From Malacoraja senta (taxonomy: Eukaryota), in contig JAXLNO010003607.1 in NCBI GenBank assembly GCA_038087875.1, positions 1-64,000 of the forward strand: a stretch of 64,000 nucleotides of DNA. The letters are read 5' to 3'. The notes below the pieces were generated by a model that was not told where the DNA came from, did not search any database, and worked only from the letters and a program-made list of their open reading frames with translations. Position 1 is the first letter of the stretch; each line of letters opens with the position of its first letter. Of this stretch, positions 63,831 through 64,000 are shown piece by piece. The translations under genes were made by a program, and so were the position numbers.

Positions 63831-64000
63831 TAACTTCCATAAACATTATTCACACTTTCTCACAGAGGCACAAAACTGACTGACACGTAATGTTTAATAC
63901 TTTCCCACTAAATGAGAGCTTTGTTGTCCGTCGTGTGACACACAAAACTCCCAGCTGTGGAAAGAGAGTCAGAGGCAGCACTGAGTTTGTGGAGCCACCA

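Overview
Eukaryotic, repeat-rich vertebrate DNA. The CR1 LINE, V-SINE and Penelope-type repeat content suggests a cartilaginous fish, probably a skate or ray (inference). One real protein-coding gene is supported: calcyon (CALY, NSG/NEEP21 family), with four coding exons on + (7476-17788, 188 aa). Its introns hold a young, nearly intact CR1 LINE and a DNA transposon with a 7-bp target-site duplication (TSD). The most unusual region is about 24.3-45.4 kb, which the ORF track misses. It is a mosaic of about 20 heavily decayed replication-dependent histone gene fragments, mostly H3 plus H2B- and H2A-like pieces. It begins at a CpG-rich CCAAT/GC-box/TATA promoter. The fragments are arranged as three head-to-head H3 inverted repeats whose loops carry a histone 3' stem-loop remnant (two also keep the U7 element), and the region was amplified by a recent ~3.5-kb tandem duplication. 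The rest is CR1, RTE and Rex1 LINE debris, SINEs, palindromic Penelope-type repeats with hammerhead-ribozyme cores, a foldback Harbinger-like element, microsatellites and some repeat-free candidate enhancer DNA. All alignments were made by eye and no database search was run.
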